Source: a virus
Taxonomy: Duplodnaviria; Heunggongvirae; Uroviricota; Caudoviricetes
Direction: 5' to 3' (one strand)
Virus record (IMG/VR): IMGVR_UViG_3300031873_001030
Length of the DNA: 64,000 nt
Part shown: piece after piece, positions 15,060-24,110 of the stretch
Position numbering within the stretch: position 1 is the first letter of the stretch
How the letters are laid out: each line of letters begins with the position of its first letter
Notes under the pieces: model-generated
Told to the model about the DNA's origin: nothing
Databases searched by the model: none
What the model saw: the letters and a program-made list of their open reading frames with translations, nothing else
Made by a program: the position numbers and the translations under genes

Positions 15060-15419
15060 TTACCTCTTTAATTTCTTTTTTCGAAAGAAGGCATTGTCAT
15101 AAGTGCAATTCCATTCTGGTTTTCCAACGAGATAAAATCGTTCCTTGCTCAACTTGCCTCTTTTATATTTCTTCTTTTCAATCTTTCCGTAATGATAGCA
15201 TTTGCCTTCATCAAGGACATCATTGACCACATGCCAGAATTTCCTGAACATCAGATTTGCAGGCTTGTCCATATAATTAATCTTCAACCAATGCTGCATA
15301 TTCTTGTTCATCATGAAGAATCCCATGTCAAACATGGCTCTCAATTCATCTTCAGATATCGGTATCTGCAACCAATCCATATTTTTGTCATCAACTATGT
15401 TAATCGTCACTCTCTTCAT
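15060..15419 (-). CDS. hypothetical protein
   Basis: ORF track. Confidence 0.5.
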   Translation of the reverse strand: MKRVTINIVDDKNMDWLQIPISEDELRAMFDMGFFMMNKNMQHWLKINYMDKPANLMFRKFWHVVNDVLDEGKCYHYGKIEKKKYKRGKLSKERFYLVGKPEWNCTYDNAFFRKKKLKR

Positions 15420-15682
15420 AAGATATTCGCTCCTAGATTTCCTATGTTGAGTGCAAGTTTTTCACATCGCAGCCCATCATCAGTCACATCTATCACTTTA
15501 TATAATACTCCATTTTTATCCATGATTACTTTTCCGATATAGTTCTGCTTGTTGACTCTCATGTCTTTCAGCACTTCTGAAGTTATCGAACTCATGTCAA
15601 GAAATCCTCTTATATCATTTTTTTCTGTCCTTGCTCCAAAAATAATCCTTATGTCTCCCATATCATTCATCCTCCAACTCAT
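15416..15682 (-). CDS. hypothetical protein
   Basis: ORF track; 4-nt overlap. Confidence 0.45.
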   Translation of the reverse strand: MSWRMNDMGDIRIIFGARTEKNDIRGFLDMSSITSEVLKDMRVNKQNYIGKVIMDKNGVLYKVIDVTDDGLRCEKLALNIGNLGANIL

Positions 15683-15765
15683 TCAAATCCTTGTCAAATT
15701 CATATATGGCATTCTCATCTTCTGGCATGCACCATTTTTTCAAGAACTTTTTTAATTTCATTTAA

Positions 15766-15984
15766 TCAACCCTGGCAATAATGTCTTGTTCTCTTCTCAC
15801 CTTTGAAAATCCTTCTCGCTTTCCATATTTCCCGATTCTTGTTTACGACGAAGTTCAGGTATTCGCCATCATTATCCATCTTCTCCAAGTCAGCACAAAG
15901 CATGTTCTCATGATATGGACATGGATAATAGTTTCCTCCGCTTGTCCTGCATCCGCAGGCAAAGTCTGTTCCGATTTGAATCAC
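15766..15984 (-). CDS. small Cys-rich protein
   Basis: ORF track. Confidence 0.45.
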   Translation of the reverse strand: MIQIGTDFACGCRTSGGNYYPCPYHENMLCADLEKMDNDGEYLNFVVNKNREIWKARRIFKGEKRTRHYCQG

Positions 15985-16499
15985 CTAAGCTTTCGTATCT
16001 TGACTTCGATGAATGTCTCGGCATCGAAAAACTTTCCAAACTTCAGAGGAATCCATATTATCTTCCCTCTTTTTCCCATCTGACCCACCTTACATCTAAA
16101 ACTTATTTCATTTATCATAAAATATATTAGTTTCATTAGAATATAAAGTTTTAAATTCAATTATAATACAGCAAATAGAAGTGACAATTATACCAAACCC
16201 AAGTTGAGTCACTGAAATGAGGATTTATAGTTCAATCCAATCTTTACAATTTCCACAGAAGTCTCCACCACTCTTACAGCTTCCATCATAAAAATTTTTA
16301 CAACTACTGCAGCATCTCAAGTTTTAACCTATTTTTAGCTTCTTCTTCCAACTTACATATTTCATTTATCGTATACATCACAATAACCTCCACATCTTCA
16401 ATCTGACAGCGAGTTTATACATATTATGCCAAAACCAACTGCCTTCATTCTTTCTCGCAAACATATATATTCCAACATATGTTATCAATGACATAATTG

Positions 16500-16775
16500 T
16501 AAACCACAGATTACCAGACCATACCCGAACCTATAAGACCACATCACACCTGAGCGAAAAGTGTTAACCATACCACATCAGACTTTATCATGCCTTACCA
16601 GTCCTTAACATATCGTAACTTACCACAACGTAGCATAAATGACAATCCATATCTTACCACACACCAACATATCTTACCAAAACCCACCCTAACCCATCTA
16701 ACCCAATCATAAATATAATCCCTATCTTACCAAATCCCATCACAACGGACCCTACCAAATCAGACCCCGTTAAAT
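16500..16775 (-). repeat. GGTNN pentanucleotide tract on the minus strand (NNACC on +)
   Basis: 5-nt reading ttacc agacc atacc ... accaa aaccc accct aaccc; lies downstream (sense) of minus-strand gene 16869..17171. Confidence 0.8.
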
Positions 16776-16803
16776 AATTATAAGTTTCCCTTTAAAGAAA
16801 CAT

Positions 16804-16826
16804 GGAAGAGGACTTGTTCCTCTTCC
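16804..16826 (-). terminator. hairpin GGAAGAGGA-cttgt-TCCTCTTCC, 43 nt downstream of the 16869..17171 stop
   Basis: 9-bp perfect stem read directly, followed on the minus strand by a T-rich stretch. Confidence 0.5.
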
Positions 16827-16868
16827 CAACCAAATAATACCTTCTTGCCCTCTAAGTCAGTTACTTCT

Positions 16869-17171
16869 TTATCGAATAAAAACGTCGAAAGCTTTTGCCT
16901 TTCGTCCGCTTTTAGTTGAAACTAGACCCTTGAAGACAATTTTCAGTTCCTGACCAATTTTCACTGAACCCATCTGTCTCTCTAAAATCATAGAACCAAA
17001 GACAGTTCTGACTTTTCCAGTGTTGTCTTTGATGTCGTAGACTCTGGACTTACTTCCATCTGGCCTGAAGTAATTTCCATCTCGAATTTGCATGAGAGTT
17101 CCTTCCAGTGAGTCGTCTTCATTTTCGAATCTGAATATTTCTCCACTTGTAGATTGCCAATTTCCTGGCAT
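16869..17171 (-). CDS. hypothetical beta-rich protein (possible OB-like fold; speculative)
   Basis: ORF track; first gene of the minus-strand block. Confidence 0.55.
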   Translation of the reverse strand: MPGNWQSTSGEIFRFENEDDSLEGTLMQIRDGNYFRPDGSKSRVYDIKDNTGKVRTVFGSMILERQMGSVKIGQELKIVFKGLVSTKSGRKAKAFDVFIR

Positions 17172-17440
17172 GAATTATCAACTCCATTATTAATTAATAG
17201 AAACTATCAGTCTCTATCTAGATTATTTCATAACTTGGGAATAGTCTAGAATACAGACAAGCTCTTCAGTCTATATAAACATAATTGAAATCTGTGAGAT
17301 AAACTTCAGAAACTTTATCTCATGACTTATATCTTTCAAGATAAAGTTTCCCTGATAGAAAAGAGTATTTATAATCAAACATCAATATAATGACCGATAG
17401 CTTTTTAAAGCTATGCTTTATGTGATAAAGGAGAATAGGA

Positions 17441-17638
17441 ATGATAATAGACTATGGCAAGTTGAAAGGAAAGAAAGTGAAATTGTTATGCGTATTTGAA
17501 GGTCTGAGTCAGACTATCTATTACGATGGCATAATACTAGATTCATCTGAAGTCAATAAGGTTGTGACCATATCAGATAGATTTAGCAAGACAGTTCACA
17601 TTGATATGGATAGTATAAAACAAGTGGTAGAGTTATGA
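17441..17638 (+). CDS. small beta-rich protein (possibly Sm/KOW-like; speculative)
   Basis: ORF track; AAGGAG upstream. Confidence 0.45.
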   Translation: MIIDYGKLKGKKVKLLCVFEGLSQTIYYDGIILDSSEVNKVVTISDRFSKTVHIDMDSIKQVVEL

Positions 17639-17742
17639 TTGAGAGAAAGAAAGACAGAACAAAGGTGGATAACCATTAGTCCTGCCCTTCATCTGTATAA
17701 GATATTGCTTTTTCTAGTATATAAGTCTTACTTGGTGGTATT

Positions 17743-18933
17743 ATGACGTTGAAGAATCTTGTAACGCCATTGGAACTTAAGACTCTCTGGGATTCTGAAT
17801 ATTACAAATCAATATTGACAGCTACAGCTAGCAGCTGCCAATTTGGAAGGATAAGAGAACACCAACGTAATAATACATTCAAAGAAATCAGAGCCAATCT
17901 GAATGCTCTGATAGTTGGAGAATATGGAATTGGGAAATCCACAATGTTGGACATTAAGAATGTCCCAATAGTCAGGGCTAATACAGTTTCAGTTGCTGGA
18001 CTAGCTGGAACTACGACAAGAAGTGGGGAACACGTTATTGGAGCTGCATATAAAGCTAATAATAAATTACTAATTATAGATGACGTTGGTAGTGGTGAAA
18101 ATTCTTATATAGATAATTCTGTAAAACGATGCATGAATCTGCTATTGGAACCTCCGCATACTTTTTCACGAATGTTAGGATTTAAGATGAACATTCCTGT
18201 GAAAGAGAAGAAGGGTGGAGCTTGGGTGAAAGGAAGTGAGAATCAGTTTACATTGCGTTCTAAGTTCAGTTGCATCGTAGCTACAACATCAGTTGTAATT
18301 CGAAATACTGATGACAAAGCTTGGATGTCAAGATTCGTACCAGTAAAACTACATGGTAGTGTGGATTACATGTTTGAATTTTTATCTGGTTCTAATCCAT
18401 TTACAATTACTGGTTTGAATCGGAAAGTCAAGTTATTTGAATTTCCAGATTATCTGGAATTCTTGGAATTCTATGAAGAACATTTTCGTGGAAGTCTGTG
18501 GGAGAAAAGCATAATAGAAAAGGAAGATGAAGTCGGTTCTATAGCGAGAAATACTGGTGACTTGGTAAGATTGGCTGCTTTCAATTGCGCTGTCGATGAT
18601 AGAATAAATATAGAATTTGAAGATGCCAAGAAAGTTTTTGATAGGTTCTACAATCAGATATGGTTCAATATCCAAGTTGGACCACTGACTCATGAACAAT
18701 ATAGAGTTCTATTACTTCTCAATAAGAAGTTGACTGAAGATGAGATAGCAGAAACTATACAAAGGTCACAGCCTTACGTATCTAAGATGATAGAGAAATT
18801 TGAAAGTAAGGGAATACTTGTAGACAGAAAAGTTGCGAAAGAAGTTGAAAACTTTAAACAAACTTCATGGGAAAAACTCGAACCACAGCAGACTTTATCA
18901 GAATCTGTAAAGTTAGATGGTAGTCATGAGTGA
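17743..18933 (+). CDS. MCM-like AAA+ ATPase with C-terminal winged helix-turn-helix
   Basis: Walker A VGEYGIGKST, Walker B LLIIDDVG, sensor-1-like CIVATTS, Arg-finger-like MSRF (MCM SRFD), and C-terminal LTEDEIAETIQRSQPYVSKMIEKFESKGIL. Confidence 0.65.
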   Translation: MTLKNLVTPLELKTLWDSEYYKSILTATASSCQFGRIREHQRNNTFKEIRANLNALIVGEYGIGKSTMLDIKNVPIVRANTVSVAGLAGTTTRSGEHVIGAAYKANNKLLIIDDVGSGENSYIDNSVKRCMNLLLEPPHTFSRMLGFKMNIPVKEKKGGAWVKGSENQFTLRSKFSCIVATTSVVIRNTDDKAWMSRFVPVKLHGSVDYMFEFLSGSNPFTITGLNRKVKLFEFPDYLEFLEFYEEHFRGSLWEKSIIEKEDEVGSIARNTGDLVRLAAFNCAVDDRINIEFEDAKKVFDRFYNQIWFNIQVGPLTHEQYRVLLLLNKKLTEDEIAETIQRSQPYVSKMIEKFESKGILVDRKVAKEVENFKQTSWEKLEPQQTLSESVKLDGSHE

Positions 18934-19090
18934 TTATAAAGATAAATTGCATTATAGTGAACGTGATGATAGATATTACACAATGAGTGACTATGAAAAA
19001 AAATATCGACAAACTAAAAAGTACAAGGAATATAGAAAAAAATATCGGAAAAAACTGAAAGAGAAAAGGTTGATGAGAAGTTACAAATGA
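18926..19090 (+). CDS. 54-aa basic Tyr/Lys-rich peptide
   Basis: Overlaps the ATPase stop by 8 nt; YEKKYRQTKKYKEYRKKYRKK; below the track cutoff. Confidence 0.4.
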   Translation: MSDYKDKLHYSERDDRYYTMSDYEKKYRQTKKYKEYRKKYRKKLKEKRLMRSYK

Positions 19091-19236
19091 TATTACAAAA
19101 TCGGCGCGCGCAAGTTTAACTAAAGCTATTAGCTGATGTGATGAGACTACTATGTAGGAGTAATGCTATATGAAGAACTCTAAGTAGTAAAAATAAAAAA
19201 ATTATATAATATATATATTAGAGTATATGAATGAAA

Positions 19237-19452
19237 TCGTTGTTGGAGTTAAGGCGTAGAATGTCTCCGTTGGGGTAATTCATCTAGTCTGTATAGAGTA
19301 GAGGAAGAATATTCCAAATCGCAGAACATAGAGAGAGAGAGAGAGAAAATCTTGACTTCTTGTTTTGCCAAATGGAATATTTTGCTAGTAGTCTATAAAG
19401 ACTAGATGAACAAGGCTAACGGAGACAATTTACGCCTTCTTTCCAATAACGA
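19237..19452. repeat. 216-bp imperfect palindrome (~66-bp arms) centred on a (GA)8 microsatellite
   Basis: Left arm 19237-19304 aligns to the reverse complement of 19385-19452 at roughly three quarters identity by eye. Inner inverted pair AATATTCCA/TGGAATATT. (GA)8 at 19331-19346. Confidence 0.8.
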
Positions 19453-19672
19453 AAAACGCAGTTTTTTTGCCAAAAATGATATTGAAAAAAGCCACTTTTT
19501 CGTTGTTTTTTGAAACAGCACTAAATTCATAGACTAGTAGTAAAAAAAACTCAAATTAAGTATATGCTTCAAAACATACTTCATATGATATAATTTAACG
19601 AAGGATGACATTTCATGCATTGAAGATATTTAAACTTGAAAAACGAAAGTTATCATTAGTTTAAGTGATAAG

Positions 19673-20074
19673 ATGTTGGAAGAAAAACATAAAGGTTCTT
19701 CAAGTTTTTTACTGATTTTGCTTGGAATTTTTATTGGTGTAGCTATTATGTTTTTGATTGGTTTCATTTCAGATTCAAATCCAGATTTTGATTCACCTTC
19801 AGTCAAACTTTTGGGAACTTGGCAGACTTTCATACCAATCAATGGTGTTCAGAATTTATTCACATTCAGTTTTGACAAGAACGCTAGCACAATCATAGCT
19901 TCAGAAACTGCATCAGTCAGTGGAAAATATGAGATTAAAGGTTCAAGTCTGACTATCTTCGATTCCAGCAATCAGACAATTTCAGTTTATACTTATCAAT
20001 TTATTACAGATAACTCTTTGAGTCTGATTCAGTCTGGACAAAATTTAGGAATTATTCTGACTAGATTGGCATAA
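19673..20074 (+). CDS. signal-anchored secreted/membrane protein
   Basis: ORF track; N-terminal hydrophobic FLLILLGIFIGVAIMFLIGFI. Confidence 0.55.
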   Translation: MLEEKHKGSSSFLLILLGIFIGVAIMFLIGFISDSNPDFDSPSVKLLGTWQTFIPINGVQNLFTFSFDKNASTIIASETASVSGKYEIKGSSLTIFDSSNQTISVYTYQFITDNSLSLIQSGQNLGIILTRLA

Positions 20075-20128
20075 AAATTTTAAAACTTTATAAAGAATGA
20101 TTCCTAAATGAATTGTAGGAAATTTTAA

Positions 20129-20344
20129 TTGGTAAATATGGATTTTATACCTGGAAAATTTTACAGTGTTAAGGAAATAGATGAAGGACTTACAGATTTG
20201 AGAGTCATACACAAGATTAAGGGTGTCGATTATCATCTTTTTAGGAATAAATCACATGATGATGGGAATAGGTATTATCTTATGTATGTTTCAAAAGCGT
20301 ATTGGTTGAAAGAAATACGGGAACGAGGTTTGTTGAAAATATGA
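20129..20344 (+). CDS. hypothetical protein
   Basis: ORF track. Confidence 0.4.
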   Translation: MVNMDFIPGKFYSVKEIDEGLTDLRVIHKIKGVDYHLFRNKSHDDGNRYYLMYVSKAYWLKEIRERGLLKI

Positions 20345-20502
20345 CAAGAGAAGATAGAAGAAACAAAGTCGCACCAGGATGGAAATTTCTCCATAGCAAG
20401 AATAAGACCCTGCTGTTGAGATACGACAATGAAAATAAATAAAATCAGGAAAGTGAAAAATAGATGACTCACCAAATATAAAGAATAATGAAAGTGAAAT
20501 AG

Positions 20503-21249
20503 ATGAGTATCATAGAAGTCAGAAAAGATGCTGCTTATAGAGCTATGAAAGATATTATTTCGCTGATTAATAATGTTAATACAGTTTATGATGTGGGTGG
20601 GAGGAATGGTTGTGACAAACTTTTGAAGAAAGTGAAAAATGTTATCATTTTGGATAGGAATAAAGAGATGCTTGCAAGAGCACGGAGGAAAGGATTCAGA
20701 ACTATCTGTTGTGATTTGAATTACAAGCTTCCATTGAAAAGCAATTCTATAGAAGCATATTTTTGTGCTAATCTAGTGGAGCACATAGTAAATATAGATA
20801 TACTCATATCTGAGATGTGGAGGACTTTGAAACCAGGTGGAACTTTATTTATTCTGACGCCGAATTTGGTCTCGCTGCATAATCGGTTCTTGTTCTTATT
20901 TGGAAAATTACCGACTTGTTGCTGTGTATCTGATTTGTTCTATGTTGGAAGTTCTGGAGAAGAGGGGATATCCCATCGGCATATAAGAATGCATACATTC
21001 TCGTCTCTTGCGAGACTATTTGAACTTCATGGTTTTGATTCTGTGCTTATGAAGGGTTCTGGGTTCTATCCAAGTTTCCTCAATTTCATGTCAGGTGTAG
21101 TGCCTACATTCTCGGTGTATATAATAGCGGTATTTAGAAAGGGAAAAGTTCCAAAAGATGATGTCAGGAGACTTTTGTATAGGAAGCTATATGATGATGA
21201 TATGGAACTGTTAAAAAGAAAATTGTTAGATAGCAGATATGATTTATAG
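20503..21249 (+). CDS. class I SAM-dependent methyltransferase
   Basis: VYDVGGRNG, LVEHIVN, LKPGGTLFILTPN. Confidence 0.7.
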   Translation: MSIIEVRKDAAYRAMKDIISLINNVNTVYDVGGRNGCDKLLKKVKNVIILDRNKEMLARARRKGFRTICCDLNYKLPLKSNSIEAYFCANLVEHIVNIDILISEMWRTLKPGGTLFILTPNLVSLHNRFLFLFGKLPTCCCVSDLFYVGSSGEEGISHRHIRMHTFSSLARLFELHGFDSVLMKGSGFYPSFLNFMSGVVPTFSVYIIAVFRKGKVPKDDVRRLLYRKLYDDDMELLKRKLLDSRYDL

Positions 21250-21672
21250 AGACTATGTTTTGGATGTCGGTTGTGGAAAAGGAAATCTTGAAGTGATATT
21301 GGAAAGAAGGGGATTTGAAAATCTTTTTGCATTGGACAGTTCCAAAATGGCATTGGCAGAACTTAAATTGAGAACAAGAAAAAGCAAGACATCCAAAATC
21401 CTATGCAAGTCATAAAGGAATGCATGAGAGTTGGCAGACAAGCTATCATAGCCGTTCCTAATGGATTTTGGGTCGAACTGATACCTAAGAATTGGACTAT
21501 GCCAATTCCAAATTACTATGCACCTACAAAGAAATTGTTGAAATCTGCTGTGCATTGGTTGGGAGGAGAGATAATAGAATGGAATTATTACTATTCAGAT
21601 TTCAGATTCATAAGAAAATTCTTTCCAAGATGGTTCAGTACTAGCTTCATAGTAAGAGTAAAAAAACGATAA
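21239..21672 (+). pseudogene. decayed methyltransferase: N-fragment 21239..21415 (motif I VLDVGCGKGN) and C-fragment 21403..21672 (RVGRQAIIAVPN) in different frames, middle missing
   Basis: Translated by hand. Premature TAA at 21413-21415. The C-part is open in another frame from 21367. The motif II region is absent. Confidence 0.5.
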
Positions 21673-21728
21673 GTTTATATACTTTCACAAACAATATATA
21701 ATATGCTTCAGAGACATGAAGTTAACTA

Positions 21729-22961
21729 TTGGAGATGAAAGTGATGAACATAGGTGAAGTTGAAATTGGAAAACCTTGGCAATATAAGGAAAATTCTATT
21801 GGAATTGTTGTTCCACTTTTAAGGAAGAATCAAGTCAAAAGAAATTATAAGACAGTTGAGGAAGTTAAGGAGATGATGAATATCAAGGATACTGGAAATA
21901 TAGACAGTGTTGAAATTTCCTCAAAAGTCAATGAACCAGTTTTTATCAGGAGCGGGACGATGTTTGAAGGGGTTGGAACTCAGAGCAGGACGCCAACAAC
22001 TAGCATTGTCATAATTCCAAATCAACAGCCTATGAAAGTTCCTGTAAAATGCATACATGCTTCTCATCACATATCTTCTGGAAGCAACTTTAAAGTCGCA
22101 GGTAGTATTCCCCACTATATTGGTTATGCAGCTTTTGGACCAAGGGCTAGTCAATCTCGTGTGTGGTCTTCTGTAAGCATGCAAGCAAGTTCTGTAAGCC
22201 ATCATGCTATGCATCTTTCTGACAATCTTATCGATAACGTAAGAAAAATAGAAACTTTTAAGAAAGATATTGGCGAAGCAGTTAAAAACTATCCGATATT
22301 GAAAAATCAAGTTGGTATAGTTGTTCTTGATTTTAACGGGGTTGTTGGTCTTGAGATGTTTGATAATTCTGAATCTTGGGCAGCAGTATGTAAAGACATA
22401 ATCAATAAGTATTCTGACACAATAACACAGCTTGTTGACAGTCCTTTATTTTCATTGAATGAAGAAAGCATAAAACCAAAGATATTGGAATTCTTGAAGA
22501 AGCTGACAGAAGCAAAAGAAGAGATTATCTTTCAAGCAGATGTGATGAAAACAATCTTATTGGAAAATGGAGATATCATTGGAGAATGTACGAGTATTGA
22601 TGGCAGGATGATACATCTCATGGGAATGAAAAAGAAGGATGAGGAAAGGACATATGGTTCAGTTGCTCCAAATAATTTACCATTTACACCACAAAATTGG
22701 ACAACCAGAGGTTCTAACTATTCTGTGCTATCTGCACTTGGAGATGGAAGTAGGAGATTTTCAGAAATAGAGAAAACAACTAAATTATCCCCAGCTACAG
22801 TAAGCAAAAATTTAAGCAAGTTCCATTCTCTTGGATTTATTGACAAGTCAGCAGAAATAATAAACAACAAGGCCCGTGAAGTTTATAGCCTTACAAGCAA
22901 CGGTAAAAATGCATTTTTTACTATGCATGATGTCAGGAAGAAATTGATGAAGCTTGGATAA
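21729..22961 (+). CDS. uncharacterised N-domain fused to a C-terminal wHTH (ArsR/TrmB-like)
   Basis: C-terminal YSVLSALGDGSRRFSEIEKTTKLSPATVSKNLSKFHSLGFI. Confidence 0.6.
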   Translation: MEMKVMNIGEVEIGKPWQYKENSIGIVVPLLRKNQVKRNYKTVEEVKEMMNIKDTGNIDSVEISSKVNEPVFIRSGTMFEGVGTQSRTPTTSIVIIPNQQPMKVPVKCIHASHHISSGSNFKVAGSIPHYIGYAAFGPRASQSRVWSSVSMQASSVSHHAMHLSDNLIDNVRKIETFKKDIGEAVKNYPILKNQVGIVVLDFNGVVGLEMFDNSESWAAVCKDIINKYSDTITQLVDSPLFSLNEESIKPKILEFLKKLTEAKEEIIFQADVMKTILLENGDIIGECTSIDGRMIHLMGMKKKDEERTYGSVAPNNLPFTPQNWTTRGSNYSVLSALGDGSRRFSEIEKTTKLSPATVSKNLSKFHSLGFIDKSAEIINNKAREVYSLTSNGKNAFFTMHDVRKKLMKLG

Positions 22962-23109
22962 GCCTTAAATACTTTAACAGCCAATATTTTTTAGATATCA
23001 AATGAGAATCTACGATAATGTCACGATATAAGTTACACATTATGTGTAACCTCTCTATCTTTGCCTAGCAAGTGAAGACAGGGACATAAAAGAAAAAGAG
23101 GTAGATTCA

Positions 23110-23427
23110 ATGGTATTAATGTATAGGCAGGGAGACTTGCTTTTCAGAAAAGTAGAGAAGATTCCTTCTAATGCAGATGTCGTTAAAAATGGCGTTATTC
23201 TAAAAGGTGAAGCGACTGGACATGCTCACAAGCTTGTAGGCGGTACAGTATTTTCACAGTCAACTGGATTCATGGGAAATGGTCCAAGACAAATGTTCCT
23301 TCAAGTTGAAAAGAGCGGAAGAGTTGTTCATGAAGAACATAAAACAATTGAACTTGAAATTGGGTTCTACATCGTAATCCGTCAACGTGAATATAACCCA
23401 TACAGAATCTCATTAGTCGGGGATTAG
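23110..23427 (+). CDS. hypothetical protein (QGDLLF...GEATGHAH motif)
   Basis: ORF track. The motif resembles a small family seen in phage genomes (memory only). Confidence 0.55.
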   Translation: MVLMYRQGDLLFRKVEKIPSNADVVKNGVILKGEATGHAHKLVGGTVFSQSTGFMGNGPRQMFLQVEKSGRVVHEEHKTIELEIGFYIVIRQREYNPYRISLVGD

Positions 23428-24054
23428 ATGATGGACGAATTCAAGAACACAATGAAAGGATTCTTTCACAGTTTTGATTATCTTCCTGAAGTGTTCAAGA
23501 CTCTTCATATCATAAGGCTAGTTCCAGGAAAGTTCGAGGTCAAGATGAAGCAGCCAATGATAATCCTTGGAAACCTGAGATTCCTGAATGAGACAAAACA
23601 TAGATGGCAGGAATACAATTTCGAAACTTTCTTCCTCAAAAAGAGAATTCCAGATTGCCAATGCAAAGAAGTCATGGATGCTGCAAAGGAATACATCCTA
23701 TTCAAAAGACTGCATGAGAACCAGAAAATCAGTGCAAGAGAAATAATGAATTGCAAAAATCTCGAATTGAGGAGAGCATTACTTGAAAGGTTTGGTTATG
23801 AGAAAATGTTGAATGAGCTTGGTGGACATATGATAGATGCAGAAGGAAATTACATTCTTTTCAAAATGGATTTCAGGGAAGTAAATGAATCTGTAAAATT
23901 AAATGAGGATGTAAAACTTTTGAAGATGAAGGATTCCTCAACAGAAAGATGGTATGTATTAAGGGTTCCTCCAAATGTAAAAAATTGCACTGAAGCTGTG
24001 TCATGGTCTTTCAATACGCCAGTTGAAGAATACAAATTAGAAGTGGAAACATAG
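23428..24054 (+). CDS. hypothetical protein
   Basis: ORF track; abuts the previous stop. Confidence 0.55.
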   Translation: MMDEFKNTMKGFFHSFDYLPEVFKTLHIIRLVPGKFEVKMKQPMIILGNLRFLNETKHRWQEYNFETFFLKKRIPDCQCKEVMDAAKEYILFKRLHENQKISAREIMNCKNLELRRALLERFGYEKMLNELGGHMIDAEGNYILFKMDFREVNESVKLNEDVKLLKMKDSSTERWYVLRVPPNVKNCTEAVSWSFNTPVEEYKLEVET

Positions 24055-24110
24055 TGCGTGTGACAGGATTTGAACCTGTAAGGCACTAAGCAACGGATAT
24101 CCAAGTCCTA
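24055..24110 (-). other. tRNA 3'-part-like fragment (T-arm ACAGG-TTCAAAT-CCTGT plus acceptor strand CACACGC plus A); no matching 5' acceptor strand found
   Basis: Read on the minus strand. The complementary GCGTGTG occurs once (31075-31081), inside ORF 31056..31520 and about 7 kb away, so it cannot be the 5' acceptor strand. Confidence 0.35.
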
